Assembly: GCA_049653105.1 (NCBI GenBank)
Contig: JBASFQ010000017.1
Location: 3,304 to 67,303 of the forward strand
Direction: 5' to 3'
Origin: Alphaproteobacteria bacterium
Lineage (GTDB): Bacteria; Pseudomonadota; Alphaproteobacteria; UBA9219; RFNS01
DNA length: 64,000 nt
The stretch's first letter is position 1. Every line of letters starts with the position of its first letter. Made by a program: the position numbers and the translations under genes. Below the pieces are notes generated by a model. The model saw only the letters and a program-made list of their open reading frames with translations. It ran no database searches and was not told where the DNA came from. This document shows positions 44,174-55,308 of this stretch, one piece after another.

Positions 44174-46678
44174 GTGTCAGGGTGTTGCGGTCGTCATGCA
44201 TTGTCGCCTATTGATTTTATCGTGATGCAGTTTATCCGCTTTCATAGTGCGCGCGTTGGCACGCTGAGCCTGTTACTGGCGTTTCTCGCGGCATTAAGTG
44301 CTATCGCGGGTGTCCTGGATATGACGATGGCACTGGCCGTGGTCATGCTGTTTACGACCGGTCTGGCCGGGCTCCTGCTCCTCTCTTATTTTGATATGAC
44401 AAAACTGCAAGCCTCGCACGTCCTGCTTCAGGACAGGCTGCAACAATATACGGCCGTATTCGCCACCGATTCTGACGGATGGTGTTTGTTCAACGCGCAA
44501 AACCTGCTGATCGCGGCCAGCTTGTTTGAAAAAGGACTATTCCAGCAAAAAATGGGGCATTTCGACGATCTCGTTGTCGCGCTGGAAGATGGCAGTGCCC
44601 TGATAGAGAAATATCGCCTCCTGCAACAAACCGGTCGGCCCTTCACGTTGTTTCTTAAATTACGCAATACCGAAAAAACCTTGATGGTGCGTGGCCAGCG
44701 CTATCCGGAACAAACCGACACACGCTATATCATCCTGCACATCCGTGATGTCGGCGCCATTCTGGAGGATGCCGATTCAATTCAGGAAGCGCGCGGTCAA
44801 AAGCAGGAAACTTTGCGCCTGCATGCGATTCACCAGGCGCTTGATGCCCTGGCAACGCCGGTCTGGCTACGCGACCGCGCCTTGAACCTGGTCTGGTGCA
44901 ATACAGTCTATGCGCACTGGCAAGACCAATCGCGTGAAAAAATCCTTGCGGGACAGCTTGAACTCTGTCCGCCGCAACCCGACGTCAGTGGCAGCAAAGA
45001 TCTGGCGCAACGCGCCCACGCCGCAGGACAGCTCTATGAGCGGTGGCATCTGATCATCAATAGCCAGCGGCGGTTGGTCGAATGTGTGGAAACCGCCGTC
45101 GCCGGCGACGATGGTTTCGGCATGATTGGCACGGCTTATGACGTGACATCGATTGAAGAAACCCAGAGTGAACTCCAGCGTCATATCGCGGCGCATCACG
45201 AGGTTCTGGAAAATCTCGGTACACCAATTGCCATCTACGGCCCAGATCAACGGCTGGAATTTTACAATCGCGCCTATGTCCGCTTGTGGGACTGCGACGA
45301 GAGTTTTCTCAGTTCCAAACCAGGGTTCAGCGAAATTCTGGAAGATTTGCGTGCCCGGCGACGCTCGCCGGAACAGGTCGATTTCCAACGCTACAAACGC
45401 GAACGTCTCTCTTTGTTCACCTCTTTGCTGGAATCCCGCGAAGACATGCTGCATCTCCCCGACGGCACGACCCTGCGCGTCGTGGTCGTACCGCACCCGT
45501 TCGGTGGCCTGATGTTCATGCATGAAGATGTGACCGACAAGCTGGCGCTTGAATCATCCTATAACACTTTGATCGCTGTACAGCGCGAAACGCTGGATAA
45601 TCTCGCCGAAGGCATCGCCGTCTTTGGTCCCGACGGTAAGCTCAAGCTCTTCAACCCCGCCTTTGCCCGCACCTGGCGGCTGACGGCGGATGATCTGGCA
45701 CGTGAACCGCACATCAACGAGTTGGTCGAACAGGTCAAGGCTCTGGCGCGCCCGGAACAGTGGGCGGAATTCCGCCGTAACATGATTGCCTATGCACTGG
45801 AACGGCAACCCCATGAGGGCCGCATCGAGCGCGCCGATGGAACCATGCTCGCCTTCCACACCGTACCACTGCCCGACGGCGCGGTTCTGAACAGCTATGT
45901 CGACGTTACGGATTCGATCAAGGTCGAACAAACACTGCGCGAAAGCAACGCCGCGCTGGCCGCCGCCGACCGCCTGAAGTCAGAATTCGTTGCCAATGTA
46001 TCCTATCAGCTCCGCACGCCGATTAATACCATCATGGGTTTTGCTGAAATTCTTGCCAACCAGTATTTCGGCACGCTGAACGAGCGGCAACTGGAATATG
46101 CGCGTACCATGGTGGAATCCAGCAAACGCCTCAAATTGCTGATTGACGATGTCGTTGATCTGGCCATCGTCGATGCCGGGCGCATGGTTCTCAACCGCCG
46201 CGAAGTCGCCATCGCACCGCTCTTGCAGGCTGTCACCGGCATGATGGGAGAATGGGCACGCCAGCAGTCTTTGGAGCTGGTCATCGATGCAGAGAATGGC
46301 ATCGGTTCGTTTAATGTTGATGAGAAGCGCATCAAGCAGGTCCTGTTCAATCTGGTCAGCAACGCAATCCAGTACACACCGCACGGCGGACATATCACCC
46401 TGCGGGCGCGCCGTGACAAAAATGCAGTCCTCCTTAGCGTTATCGATACGGGCATCGGCATTCCACAGCATGACCAGGAGCGCATTTGGAACAAGTTCGA
46501 GCGCACCAACGTCGCGGCGCGGCAAAGTGGCGCCGGCCTGGGTCTTGCTTTGGTGCGCAACTTTATTGAACTGCATGGCGGTGAAGTCCAGATTACCAGC
46601 CACGTCAATCGCGGTACACAGGTGACCTGCGTTCTACCGCTCCATGCATCGCCGCCACACCCCATTGCTAACACCTAG
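44174..46678 (+). CDS. PAS-domain sensor histidine kinase (HisKA + HATPase_c)
   Basis: N-terminal TM helices, several PAS-like modules, the H-box SEFVANVSYQLRTPIN, and G-boxes near the C-terminus. Start may be at 44228. Confidence 0.8.
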   Translation: MSGCCGRHALSPIDFIVMQFIRFHSARVGTLSLLLAFLAALSAIAGVLDMTMALAVVMLFTTGLAGLLLLSYFDMTKLQASHVLLQDRLQQYTAVFATDSDGWCLFNAQNLLIAASLFEKGLFQQKMGHFDDLVVALEDGSALIEKYRLLQQTGRPFTLFLKLRNTEKTLMVRGQRYPEQTDTRYIILHIRDVGAILEDADSIQEARGQKQETLRLHAIHQALDALATPVWLRDRALNLVWCNTVYAHWQDQSREKILAGQLELCPPQPDVSGSKDLAQRAHAAGQLYERWHLIINSQRRLVECVETAVAGDDGFGMIGTAYDVTSIEETQSELQRHIAAHHEVLENLGTPIAIYGPDQRLEFYNRAYVRLWDCDESFLSSKPGFSEILEDLRARRRSPEQVDFQRYKRERLSLFTSLLESREDMLHLPDGTTLRVVVVPHPFGGLMFMHEDVTDKLALESSYNTLIAVQRETLDNLAEGIAVFGPDGKLKLFNPAFARTWRLTADDLAREPHINELVEQVKALARPEQWAEFRRNMIAYALERQPHEGRIERADGTMLAFHTVPLPDGAVLNSYVDVTDSIKVEQTLRESNAALAAADRLKSEFVANVSYQLRTPINTIMGFAEILANQYFGTLNERQLEYARTMVESSKRLKLLIDDVVDLAIVDAGRMVLNRREVAIAPLLQAVTGMMGEWARQQSLELVIDAENGIGSFNVDEKRIKQVLFNLVSNAIQYTPHGGHITLRARRDKNAVLLSVIDTGIGIPQHDQERIWNKFERTNVAARQSGAGLGLALVRNFIELHGGEVQITSHVNRGTQVTCVLPLHASPPHPIANT

Positions 46679-46684
46679 AACGCC

Positions 46685-47152
46685 ATGGCGCGCGCATGGA
46701 ATCATCGCCTTTTTCTTCCTGACCCGGCAGCGACGGCGCGTTGCGGCACCCAGCTTGCCTCCATTTTGCGCCCCGGCGATGTCGTGGCGCTGCACGGCGA
46801 CCTTGGCGCTGGGAAAACTGCCTTGGCGCGCGCAATCATCGGCGGCCTGATGGGCACTGATGTAACCGTGCCCAGCCCGACCTTTACACTGTTGCAACAT
46901 TATACCGCCCCCAACGGCACAATCTGGCATTTCGATCTTTACCGGATCAGACAAGCCGAAGAAATCTTCGAACTGGGATGGGAGGATGCGCTGACCGACG
47001 GCATCGTCCTGGTGGAATGGGCCGAACGGGCGGCGGGATATATCCCTGCGATAGCACTGCATTGCACCCTGTCCGGTGCCTCAGAAACCGGCCGCGCCCT
47101 CACATTTACAGGTCATGAATCATGGGAGGAACGCCTGCGCGGCATTTTCTAA
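46685..47152 (+). CDS. tsaE: tRNA threonylcarbamoyladenosine biosynthesis protein TsaE
   Basis: VALHGDLGAGKTALARAII P-loop; about 150 aa. Confidence 0.85.
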   Translation: MARAWNHRLFLPDPAATARCGTQLASILRPGDVVALHGDLGAGKTALARAIIGGLMGTDVTVPSPTFTLLQHYTAPNGTIWHFDLYRIRQAEEIFELGWEDALTDGIVLVEWAERAAGYIPAIALHCTLSGASETGRALTFTGHESWEERLRGIF

Positions 47153-48130
47153 ATGAAGAAACCCGGCTATAGTTGCCGGATGATTCCCGAACCCGCATTA
47201 TTTTTGGCCGCCCACGGCTGGCAAGACGCCGAAGTAACGCCCTTCCCTGCCGACTGGTCAACGCGCAGTTACGCGCGGTTGCGCCGTGCCGGGGGAAGAC
47301 CCGAACGCGCAATCCTGATGCACACGACTCCGGATGCGGATTTTCATAGTTTCATCCGGATCGCCGCCATGCTGCGCGGTCTGGAAGCATCGGCGCCCCT
47401 TATTTACGAAATTGACGCCGAACGCGGCATGATGCTGCTGGAAGATTTTGGCGACCGAAATTTCGGTCGTCTGATCGACAATGGCGCGGATCAAGAATCC
47501 TTGCTTTGCCGGGCGGCCACAACCTTGGCCGAACTGCACACCCGTTATATTGCGCAGCCACGTGATGCCACGACGTTGCGGCGCTATGATAGTTCCGCCT
47601 TCATTGAACTTCTGCATCCCCTGCTGCATAATTTTACCTATACCGACCATGCAGCGGCACAAACGGCGTTCCACGAAGCATGGTCGTGCTTGCGCACGCC
47701 GCTGGAAGCGCAGCCACAAAGCCTGATGCTCCGCGATTTCATGGCCGATAATCTGATGGATTTGCCAGAGCGGCATGGCTGGAAATCCGTAGGAATCCTC
47801 GATTTCGAACTGACGGGCATCGGCCCCGCAGCCTATGATCTCGCATCCCTGACCGAACAAGTGCGACGCGATATTCCCGATGCTGTCCGCACCCGCGTTA
47901 TTCAACAATATCTGGGCATGCGTCCAGACATCGCGCCGGAACCATTCCATACCGCGCTCCGGATCATGGCGGCACACCGACATCTGCGCATCTTCGCGCG
48001 ACTGCAAAAACTGCCAAAACCGTTTTTCCTGCGTCGCACCCACGACTATCTACGCACTTTATTTACGCATCCCGATCTGCATCCCGTGCAGAAGTGGTGT
48101 CAAACATATTTGCCGCAGCATTTCGCATGA
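47153..48130 (+). CDS. amgK: Aminoglycoside-phosphotransferase-fold kinase (AmgK-like MurNAc/GlcNAc kinase)
   Basis: APH-type fold (Brenner-like DFMADNLMDL). The conserved synteny tsaE-amgK-murU is from established knowledge. Confidence 0.55.
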   Translation: MKKPGYSCRMIPEPALFLAAHGWQDAEVTPFPADWSTRSYARLRRAGGRPERAILMHTTPDADFHSFIRIAAMLRGLEASAPLIYEIDAERGMMLLEDFGDRNFGRLIDNGADQESLLCRAATTLAELHTRYIAQPRDATTLRRYDSSAFIELLHPLLHNFTYTDHAAAQTAFHEAWSCLRTPLEAQPQSLMLRDFMADNLMDLPERHGWKSVGILDFELTGIGPAAYDLASLTEQVRRDIPDAVRTRVIQQYLGMRPDIAPEPFHTALRIMAAHRHLRIFARLQKLPKPFFLRRTHDYLRTLFTHPDLHPVQKWCQTYLPQHFA

Positions 48131-48864
48131 CCGGCGCCGGCATCCCGCATACAGCGATGATTCTTGCCGCCGGCTACGGCAAACGCATGCAGCCCCTAAC
48201 CCTCGCAACGCCCAAACCCTTGCTGCACGTGGGTGGCAAGGCAATGCTTGACCATGTTTTGGATCGCCTGCGCGAAGTCGGGGTCATGCGCGCCGTCGTG
48301 AATGCCGGTTATCTCGGCGACCAGATTGTGGCGCATGTTGCGTCATGCCGCGATCCTGCCATCATCATCTCGCGTGAAATGCCGCCCCTTGAAACCGGCG
48401 GCGGCGTCAAACTGGCCTTACCTCTACTTGGCGACGACCCAATTTATGTGCTGAACGCAGATTTGCCATGGCAAGACGCGACCATACCCGCCCTGCAACG
48501 GATGCGTGCGGCCTGGGACAGCGCCCGCATGGATGTCCTTCTGCTCCTGATGCCCGCGGAGCGCACCAACGGTTTCAGCCCGAAGGGAGATTTCGATCTT
48601 TCCCCCGATGGCCACGCACAACGGCATCATCATCCACCGCCTTACTCTCATGTTTTTATCGGCGTTTTTATCGTCAAGCCGCAGCTTTACCGCGCCATGA
48701 CGGCAGAAACATTTTCCAACAACGTCATTTTCGATCAAGCTGAAGCGGCCAATCGCTTATTCGCATGCGTCCATGACGGCACTTGTTACCATGTCGGAAC
48801 GCCCGAAGATCTCGCGCAGGCCAATGCCCTGCTGATGTCCGGACGCGGATGGAACAAGCCATGA
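48127..48864 (+). CDS. murU: Sugar-phosphate nucleotidyltransferase (MurU-like)
   Basis: MILAAGYGKRMQPLTLATPKPLL. ATGA overlap with the kinase gene. Confidence 0.55.
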   Translation: MTGAGIPHTAMILAAGYGKRMQPLTLATPKPLLHVGGKAMLDHVLDRLREVGVMRAVVNAGYLGDQIVAHVASCRDPAIIISREMPPLETGGGVKLALPLLGDDPIYVLNADLPWQDATIPALQRMRAAWDSARMDVLLLLMPAERTNGFSPKGDFDLSPDGHAQRHHHPPPYSHVFIGVFIVKPQLYRAMTAETFSNNVIFDQAEAANRLFACVHDGTCYHVGTPEDLAQANALLMSGRGWNKP

Positions 48865-51824
48865 GCATGCCGCGTGTTTTTACGATCGCGCCGGATGCAG
48901 ACTTTACCCAACAGCTGGCACATGGAATCTTTGACGACAGCCAGCAAAAAAAGATCCCGCTCCCGGATTACCTTATCTTGCTCCCCACGCGCCGCGCCTG
49001 TGTCATTTTGCGCGAGGCGCTGCGCGAAGCCGCCGCGGGGCAAGCCCTCTTGTTGCCGCGCATGCAACCTATCGGCGACATGAATGCCGAGGAACTGACT
49101 TTATCGGAACTAGGGCATGCCCCCGGCAATATTCATGACATTCCCGGCGCTATCACACCACTGGCGCGCGCTCTGGAACTATGCAATCTGCTCCGCAGCC
49201 ATGATCCGGCGTTGACGGCGGACGCGGCCTGGTTGCAGGCCGGGGGCTTGGCCGCTCTGCTCGACCAGACGCAAATTGAGCGGCTGGATTTCAAGGCCTT
49301 GCGTGGTCTCGTGCGCGAAGATCTGGCGGAGCACTGGCAAAAAATTCTCGACTTCCTTGAAGTTATCACCGTTGCCTGGCCACGGCATCTGGCAGAACGC
49401 GGCCTTGTCGATCCGGCCACGCAGCGCGATGCATTGATCACCCGTCGCGTCGCGCTGTGGACCGCACATCCTCCCCAGCATCCGGTGATTGCCGCAGGAT
49501 CGACCGGTTCCATGCCCGCCACGGCGGATCTTCTGGCCGTAATTGCCGGATTGCCGCACGGCGCCGTCATTCTTCCCGGACTTGATCAAACCAGCTCTCC
49601 CGAGATCTGGGATACGATTACCGATCCAACCCATCCCCAATTCCTGCTCAAACATCTCTTGCAGAAAATCGGATGCCGGCGCGACCAAGTGAAAGTCTGG
49701 TATGGGCAACCCAGCAATGACAGCCGCGCCGCCATGTTGCATACGGCTTTTGATCCGCCAGAAGGGGCGGCGCAGTGGCGCATGGCATCAATACCAGAAA
49801 CGGCATGGCATGGCATCGACCAATATTCCTGTGAAACACTGGAAGAAGAAGCCGGAACCATCGCGCTGGCCTTGCGCGCGGCTCTGGAAACACCCGGCAA
49901 GACAGCGGCTCTGGTCACGCGCGACCGACAACTGGCTGCCCGCGTCACGGCACAGATTCAACGTTGGAACATTCGGATTGACGATTCGGCAGGGCAGGAT
50001 CTCACCACAACGCCCTGCGGCGCATTTTTGCTTCTGATCCTCGCCGCAGCGCAGCGTGATGCGGGCGCCGTCGATTTACTGGCCTTGCTGCAACACCCGC
50101 TGACCGCCCTACGCGGCGATCCGGCGCTTTGCCGCGCACGCGGTCGCCTGGCGGAACGTCTGCTCTGGCGTGATCGCCGTCTGCGCGGGTCTGTTGCCGT
50201 TCACGCGCACGCAGCCGCAGAACTGGCGCGTACCGGCGCGATTGCACCACATGACGCGCAAGAACTGGTGGAACTATTTTCCGGTCTGGAGCAGGCGTTG
50301 CAGCCTTTGGCGGCTCATTTCGATTGCGCGGCTCCCGTCTCGCTTGCCACCATGCTGACCGCACACATGGAGACCGCAGCAAATCTGGCCACAACATCCG
50401 ATCAAGACGGCGCACTGCGTCTCTGGCGTCGTGATGACGGCGTCGCAGCGGCAGCATTATTACATGAATTAACGCAAGCTGCCGAGGCAGCCGATAGCGC
50501 GCTGACCGGACATGAATATCCCTCCTTGTTACGGCAGATATTCGCAGAGCAGGTCGTACGTCCGCGTTTTGGCACGCACCCGCGTCTCAGCATTCTCGGA
50601 CCTCTGGAAGCGCGGTTTGTGCGCGCCGATCTGGTCATCCTCGGCGGCATGAATGAAGGATCGTGGCCGCCCGCATCCGTTACTGATCCCTGGTTGTCGC
50701 GCCCGATGCGTCAGAATTTCGGCCTGCCCGCTTTCGAGCGCCAGATTGGGCAGGCAGCGCATGATTTCGTACAGTTGGCCAGCCGGGGTCATGTCATCAT
50801 GACCCGTTCTCGGCGCGTGGGCAATGCACCGACGTCGCCGTCGCGCTTCCTCCTGCGTCTCGACACCTTGTGGGCGGCCTGCTCCCGGCACCACGTGACA
50901 CCTTCTCCTGATTTTCTGGCCTGGGCACGGCAACTGGACGCGCCCGCCACAGTCACACCTATGCCCGCACCGCGACCAAGCCCGGCGGTGGCGCGACGTC
51001 CCACGCATTTCTCCGTCACCGAAATTGGCCGCTGGCGACGCAACCCTTATGGCTTCTATGCGAAACATGTGTTGCGTCTCAAACCTCTGGGTGAGCTTGA
51101 TCCGGATTTCAGCCATGCGGAACATGGGACAATTCTTCATGACGTCTTGCATCGTTTTATCGAACATCACTTAAACGATTTTCCTCCCCCCACCATTGCG
51201 TTGGAAGAGCTGCGCGACCTTGGCCAGGCCGCTTTCGCGTCGATGCAGGATCAACCTGCGATATATGCCACGTGCCGGGCGCGTTTTGAAAACTCCGCGC
51301 GCTGGTTCATCACCGCCGAGAGCGCCTTGCGGACAACCTTGCGACCAGCCCTGCTGGAAACCCAGGGACAGCTCCCGATTGTTGTTGACGGCATAACATA
51401 TTATTTGCGCGGCAAACCCGACCGTATCGATTTTGGCCCGGACGGCTTGATCATCAGCGATTATAAAACCGGCAGCCCGCCTTCAGACTCACAGATCAGA
51501 TTCGGTTATGAACCGCAACTGCCGCTGCTTGGCATGATGGCGCAGCAAAGTGCCTTCTCCGGTCTCGCGGCACGGCAGGTTACCGCATTGCGTTATCTGC
51601 ACCTCAAAGGTCGCGCCAACGCCACCGACACTTATAAAAACACCAAGGAACCGCAAGAGAGGATCAAGGAAGCACAAGCAATGCTGGAGAAAATGCTGCG
51701 CATATTTTCCGATCCTGCCATGCCATATCTTGTCTGTCCCCAGCCGCGCTTTATTCCCGATTACGACGATTACGCACATCTGGGGCGCATTGATGAATGG
51801 GGCGCCCCAGGAGAAGCCGCATGA
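48861..51824 (+). CDS. addB: Double-strand break repair protein AddB (alphaproteobacterial type)
   Basis: About 990 aa; C-terminal RecB-like nuclease motif GKPDRIDF...ISDYKTG; translationally coupled to addA. Confidence 0.85.
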   Translation: MSMPRVFTIAPDADFTQQLAHGIFDDSQQKKIPLPDYLILLPTRRACVILREALREAAAGQALLLPRMQPIGDMNAEELTLSELGHAPGNIHDIPGAITPLARALELCNLLRSHDPALTADAAWLQAGGLAALLDQTQIERLDFKALRGLVREDLAEHWQKILDFLEVITVAWPRHLAERGLVDPATQRDALITRRVALWTAHPPQHPVIAAGSTGSMPATADLLAVIAGLPHGAVILPGLDQTSSPEIWDTITDPTHPQFLLKHLLQKIGCRRDQVKVWYGQPSNDSRAAMLHTAFDPPEGAAQWRMASIPETAWHGIDQYSCETLEEEAGTIALALRAALETPGKTAALVTRDRQLAARVTAQIQRWNIRIDDSAGQDLTTTPCGAFLLLILAAAQRDAGAVDLLALLQHPLTALRGDPALCRARGRLAERLLWRDRRLRGSVAVHAHAAAELARTGAIAPHDAQELVELFSGLEQALQPLAAHFDCAAPVSLATMLTAHMETAANLATTSDQDGALRLWRRDDGVAAAALLHELTQAAEAADSALTGHEYPSLLRQIFAEQVVRPRFGTHPRLSILGPLEARFVRADLVILGGMNEGSWPPASVTDPWLSRPMRQNFGLPAFERQIGQAAHDFVQLASRGHVIMTRSRRVGNAPTSPSRFLLRLDTLWAACSRHHVTPSPDFLAWARQLDAPATVTPMPAPRPSPAVARRPTHFSVTEIGRWRRNPYGFYAKHVLRLKPLGELDPDFSHAEHGTILHDVLHRFIEHHLNDFPPPTIALEELRDLGQAAFASMQDQPAIYATCRARFENSARWFITAESALRTTLRPALLETQGQLPIVVDGITYYLRGKPDRIDFGPDGLIISDYKTGSPPSDSQIRFGYEPQLPLLGMMAQQSAFSGLAARQVTALRYLHLKGRANATDTYKNTKEPQERIKEAQAMLEKMLRIFSDPAMPYLVCPQPRFIPDYDDYAHLGRIDEWGAPGEAA

Positions 51825-54800
51825 CGCATCCTGACGCCACAGCACTTGTCGCGGAAGCCACACGGCGGCAGATTCGCGCGGCTGACCCAGAAATTTCAGC
51901 ATGGGTCGTGGCGTCTGCAGGATCCGGGAAAACCCGTGTCTTGATCAACCGCTTCATCCGGTTACTCCTGACCGGTACCAAGCCCCAGCATATTCTGTGC
52001 CTGACCTATACGCGGGCGGCGGCGGCAGAAATGTCCGACCGCATCATGCAGGAGCTGAGTCAATGGGCCGTCTGTTCCCATAGCGATCTGACGAAAAGGG
52101 TCACGGACATAACCGGCGGCAACGTGAATGACGCAACTCTGGACAAAGCCCGGGGGTTGTTTGCCCAGGTTCTGGATTGTCCGGGTGGTTTGAAAATCAA
52201 GACCTTCCATGCTTTTGCCCAGGAAATCCTTGCGCGTTTCCCGCTTGAGGCTGCCCTTGCCCCGCATTTCACCCTGCTGGATGAACCGGAGGCTCAGGAC
52301 CTGCAAAGCGCAGCATTGGATCACATCCTCGCCGATGCGGATGATGTTGCGACGCGCGCGGCCTGGGCGCACCTGGTCGGCGTGGTGGGCGCAGAAAAGA
52401 TCGTCACTTGCCTGCATAGCTTCATGCACGAATCCGACAAATACGCGGCGGCGCTTCGCGAACATGGAACGGCGGAGAATCTCGCGATCGCCTTATGCGT
52501 CTTTCTCGACGTCGATCCGGCCAAGACACCGGAAAATTATCGCCGCCATCTTTGTACCGACCCGCAATTACCTCTGGAGCTGCTGCGAAAAATCATCGCG
52601 GTCGTCGCAACTGATGCAGATGCCGCCGCAACGACCAAAACTGCCGTCACAGAACTTGCTGCGTGGCTGGAGCAAACCGATGCCGCCCGCGCCACGACAT
52701 ATGATGACTTTCTGAACTTTTTCCTGACCAAAGAAAGCGGCCATTTTTGTGATGTCCGCAAAAACATTCCGAACAAGAAGTTCGCCGTCAAACATCCTGA
52801 TCTCGTGGCATCATGGATAGCAGCGGCCGAGACCGTGCGGCACCAATTGCAACATTATCGTACCTTGCAACGTGTTGCCACGACACGCGCGATCCTGCAT
52901 CTTGGGCACAAGTTGCGGCAAGCCTATCAGTCCGCCAAGAACACCACCGCCGCCGTGGATTATGACGACATCATCAGCAAGACTGAAGCCTTGCTGCATG
53001 AACCCGGCGTCGCACCATGGATTTTATGGAAACTCGACGGTGGTATCGATCACATCATGATCGACGAAGCGCAGGATACCAGCCCTGCGCAATGGCGGAT
53101 TATCCGTGCGCTGACAGAGGAGTTTTTCTCTGGTCTCGGCGCACGCGACAAGAACCGCACGCTTTTTGTGGTCGGCGATGAAAAACAATCCATTTACAGT
53201 TTTCAGCATGCCGATCCTGCCGAATTCCTTCGGCAACGCAACTATTTCAAGATTGCCACAACCCGGGCGGGGCAGACGTTCGAGACGATTGAGCTGAACA
53301 TCTCGTTTCGTTCAGCGCCACAGATTTTACGCACCGTCGACGATATTTTCCGTCCCGAAACCGTCCGCACGGGGGTTAGCACCCTTCCTATCCTGCACGC
53401 CGCCCAGAAACAGGAAGCGCAAGGTTATGTTGAGTTATGGCCGATTTTGCGTCCACCTGCGGACGACGATGATGACTCCAACATTTGGGAACCGCGCACA
53501 GAATATCGCTCCACAGAAGCACCGCATGCACGGCTGGCGTCTGTCATTGCCGCGCGCATCGCAACCTGGTGCGCGGCTGGCCAGAGCATTGATGGACATC
53601 TCCGCAGCGTTAAACCCGGCGACATCATGATTCTAGTCAGCCGCCGCAACGAGCTGGTGCAAGCCCTTGTGCGTGAACTTAAGGAACGCAGTGTGCCGGT
53701 TTCCGGCGTTGATCGCATGCAAATCAATGCGCAAATCGGCGTGCGCGATCTGCTCGCTTTAATCCAGTGCGCCTTACTACCGGAAGATGATCTCAATCTG
53801 GCCTGCGTCTTGCGCGGCCCAATGATCGGCATGGACGATCTGACCCTTGAGGATATTTGTCATTCGCGTACGCGCCATTTATGGCAAGCCTTGCGCGATG
53901 CCGCCGCGCCGCATGCACGCGCCGCTTATTCCTGGCTTGATAACTTACGTGACCGGGCGGATCGCCTGACTCCTTACGATTTTCTGACTCATGTTCTGAC
54001 ACAACCATGCCCAGCCGCGCGCAGCGGACGTCTGGCAATGCGCATGCGTCTGGGTGCCGACGCAGCCGATCCCGTCGATGAACTCCTGAACCGCGCCCAG
54101 GAATATGGCCAACGCCATACACCAGCCCTGCAAAGTTTTCTGTGCGCCATGCGCCGCAATGACAGCGAAATCAAACGCGAACTTGATCGTGGCGGCGGTG
54201 AAGTCCGTATTATGACGGTGCATGCGGCCAAAGGATTACAGGCCCCTATCGTCATCCTGCCCGATACCTGTGCCGTGCCGCAGGCGCAAAAAATACCGGC
54301 CTTGCAGTGGGATCCGGCGACGCGCCTGCCTTATTATACCGACGGAACCGCCGAAACCCGCGATGCCTTCGCCAACCAGCTGCGCCAAACCGCCCAGGAA
54401 GAACGTCACGCAGAGCACCGCCGTCTGCTTTATGTGGCTCTGACCCGCGCCGAGAATCAACTTTATATTTATGGCTATAAAGGCAAGAGCGGCGCGACCA
54501 GCAATTTCTGGCATCAATATATTCAAAATGCCCTGGCGCCTGACGCCAAACCTGAGCCGGAACAGCCCTTGGTGACGCTTATGGATCCGATTCTCCCGAG
54601 TGCCACAAAAAGTGAGCAAGCCCTGCCCTCAGTCTCTTCATCGACTTTACCGGATTGGATTTTCACGGCGGCCTCTCCTGAAGCTATGTCCCACAGTCTT
54701 CGTCCGTCACAGTTCAGTGCGGTGGATGACGGCCCGGCCAGTCCAACGCAGCGCGTAGGGCGAGATCAAGCGACGCGCGGCAAGATGCTGCACATGCTGT

Positions 54801-55267
54801 TACAATACCTGCCGGATATTCCGGAAGCCACACGCACAGAATCTGCGCTGCGCTTCATGGAACGCCATGCCTCTTATGCCACACCAGCGCAGCGCGCGGA
54901 ATCCGTGGCCGAAGTCATGAAAATCCTCGGCGACCCACGCTATGCGGCACTCTTCGCCGCCAGGAGTCGTGCCGAAGTCAGCATCGCGGGCACAGTTCAT
55001 GGCGTGCCGATCAGTGGCCAGATCGACCGCCTGGTCGAACATGAAAAGAGCGTGATGATCGTGGATTATAAGACGACGCGCCCTCCGCCCGCGCATGTGC
55101 ATCACGTGCCGGAACATTATTTACGGCAAATGGCGGCCTATCGGGCGTTGCTGCGGCAGATCACGCCGGACAAGTCTGTGCGCTGCTTCCTGCTATGGAC
55201 TTATACAGGACAAATCATGGAGTTACCTGAATACGACCTGGCTGCGCTTGACCTTGCGGCGGCCTGA
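51821..55267 (+). CDS. addA: Double-strand break repair helicase AddA (UvrD-like helicase with C-terminal nuclease)
   Basis: Walker A ASAGSGKTRVL, UvrD motifs, and the C-terminal nuclease GQIDRLVEHEKSVMIVDYKT. Confidence 0.85.
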   Translation: MTHPDATALVAEATRRQIRAADPEISAWVVASAGSGKTRVLINRFIRLLLTGTKPQHILCLTYTRAAAAEMSDRIMQELSQWAVCSHSDLTKRVTDITGGNVNDATLDKARGLFAQVLDCPGGLKIKTFHAFAQEILARFPLEAALAPHFTLLDEPEAQDLQSAALDHILADADDVATRAAWAHLVGVVGAEKIVTCLHSFMHESDKYAAALREHGTAENLAIALCVFLDVDPAKTPENYRRHLCTDPQLPLELLRKIIAVVATDADAAATTKTAVTELAAWLEQTDAARATTYDDFLNFFLTKESGHFCDVRKNIPNKKFAVKHPDLVASWIAAAETVRHQLQHYRTLQRVATTRAILHLGHKLRQAYQSAKNTTAAVDYDDIISKTEALLHEPGVAPWILWKLDGGIDHIMIDEAQDTSPAQWRIIRALTEEFFSGLGARDKNRTLFVVGDEKQSIYSFQHADPAEFLRQRNYFKIATTRAGQTFETIELNISFRSAPQILRTVDDIFRPETVRTGVSTLPILHAAQKQEAQGYVELWPILRPPADDDDDSNIWEPRTEYRSTEAPHARLASVIAARIATWCAAGQSIDGHLRSVKPGDIMILVSRRNELVQALVRELKERSVPVSGVDRMQINAQIGVRDLLALIQCALLPEDDLNLACVLRGPMIGMDDLTLEDICHSRTRHLWQALRDAAAPHARAAYSWLDNLRDRADRLTPYDFLTHVLTQPCPAARSGRLAMRMRLGADAADPVDELLNRAQEYGQRHTPALQSFLCAMRRNDSEIKRELDRGGGEVRIMTVHAAKGLQAPIVILPDTCAVPQAQKIPALQWDPATRLPYYTDGTAETRDAFANQLRQTAQEERHAEHRRLLYVALTRAENQLYIYGYKGKSGATSNFWHQYIQNALAPDAKPEPEQPLVTLMDPILPSATKSEQALPSVSSSTLPDWIFTAASPEAMSHSLRPSQFSAVDDGPASPTQRVGRDQATRGKMLHMLLQYLPDIPEATRTESALRFMERHASYATPAQRAESVAEVMKILGDPRYAALFAARSRAEVSIAGTVHGVPISGQIDRLVEHEKSVMIVDYKTTRPPPAHVHHVPEHYLRQMAAYRALLRQITPDKSVRCFLLWTYTGQIMELPEYDLAALDLAAA

Positions 55268-55308
55268 ACCTACATTAGCCTCAGATGATCCAATTGGAGA
55301 AAAACATT

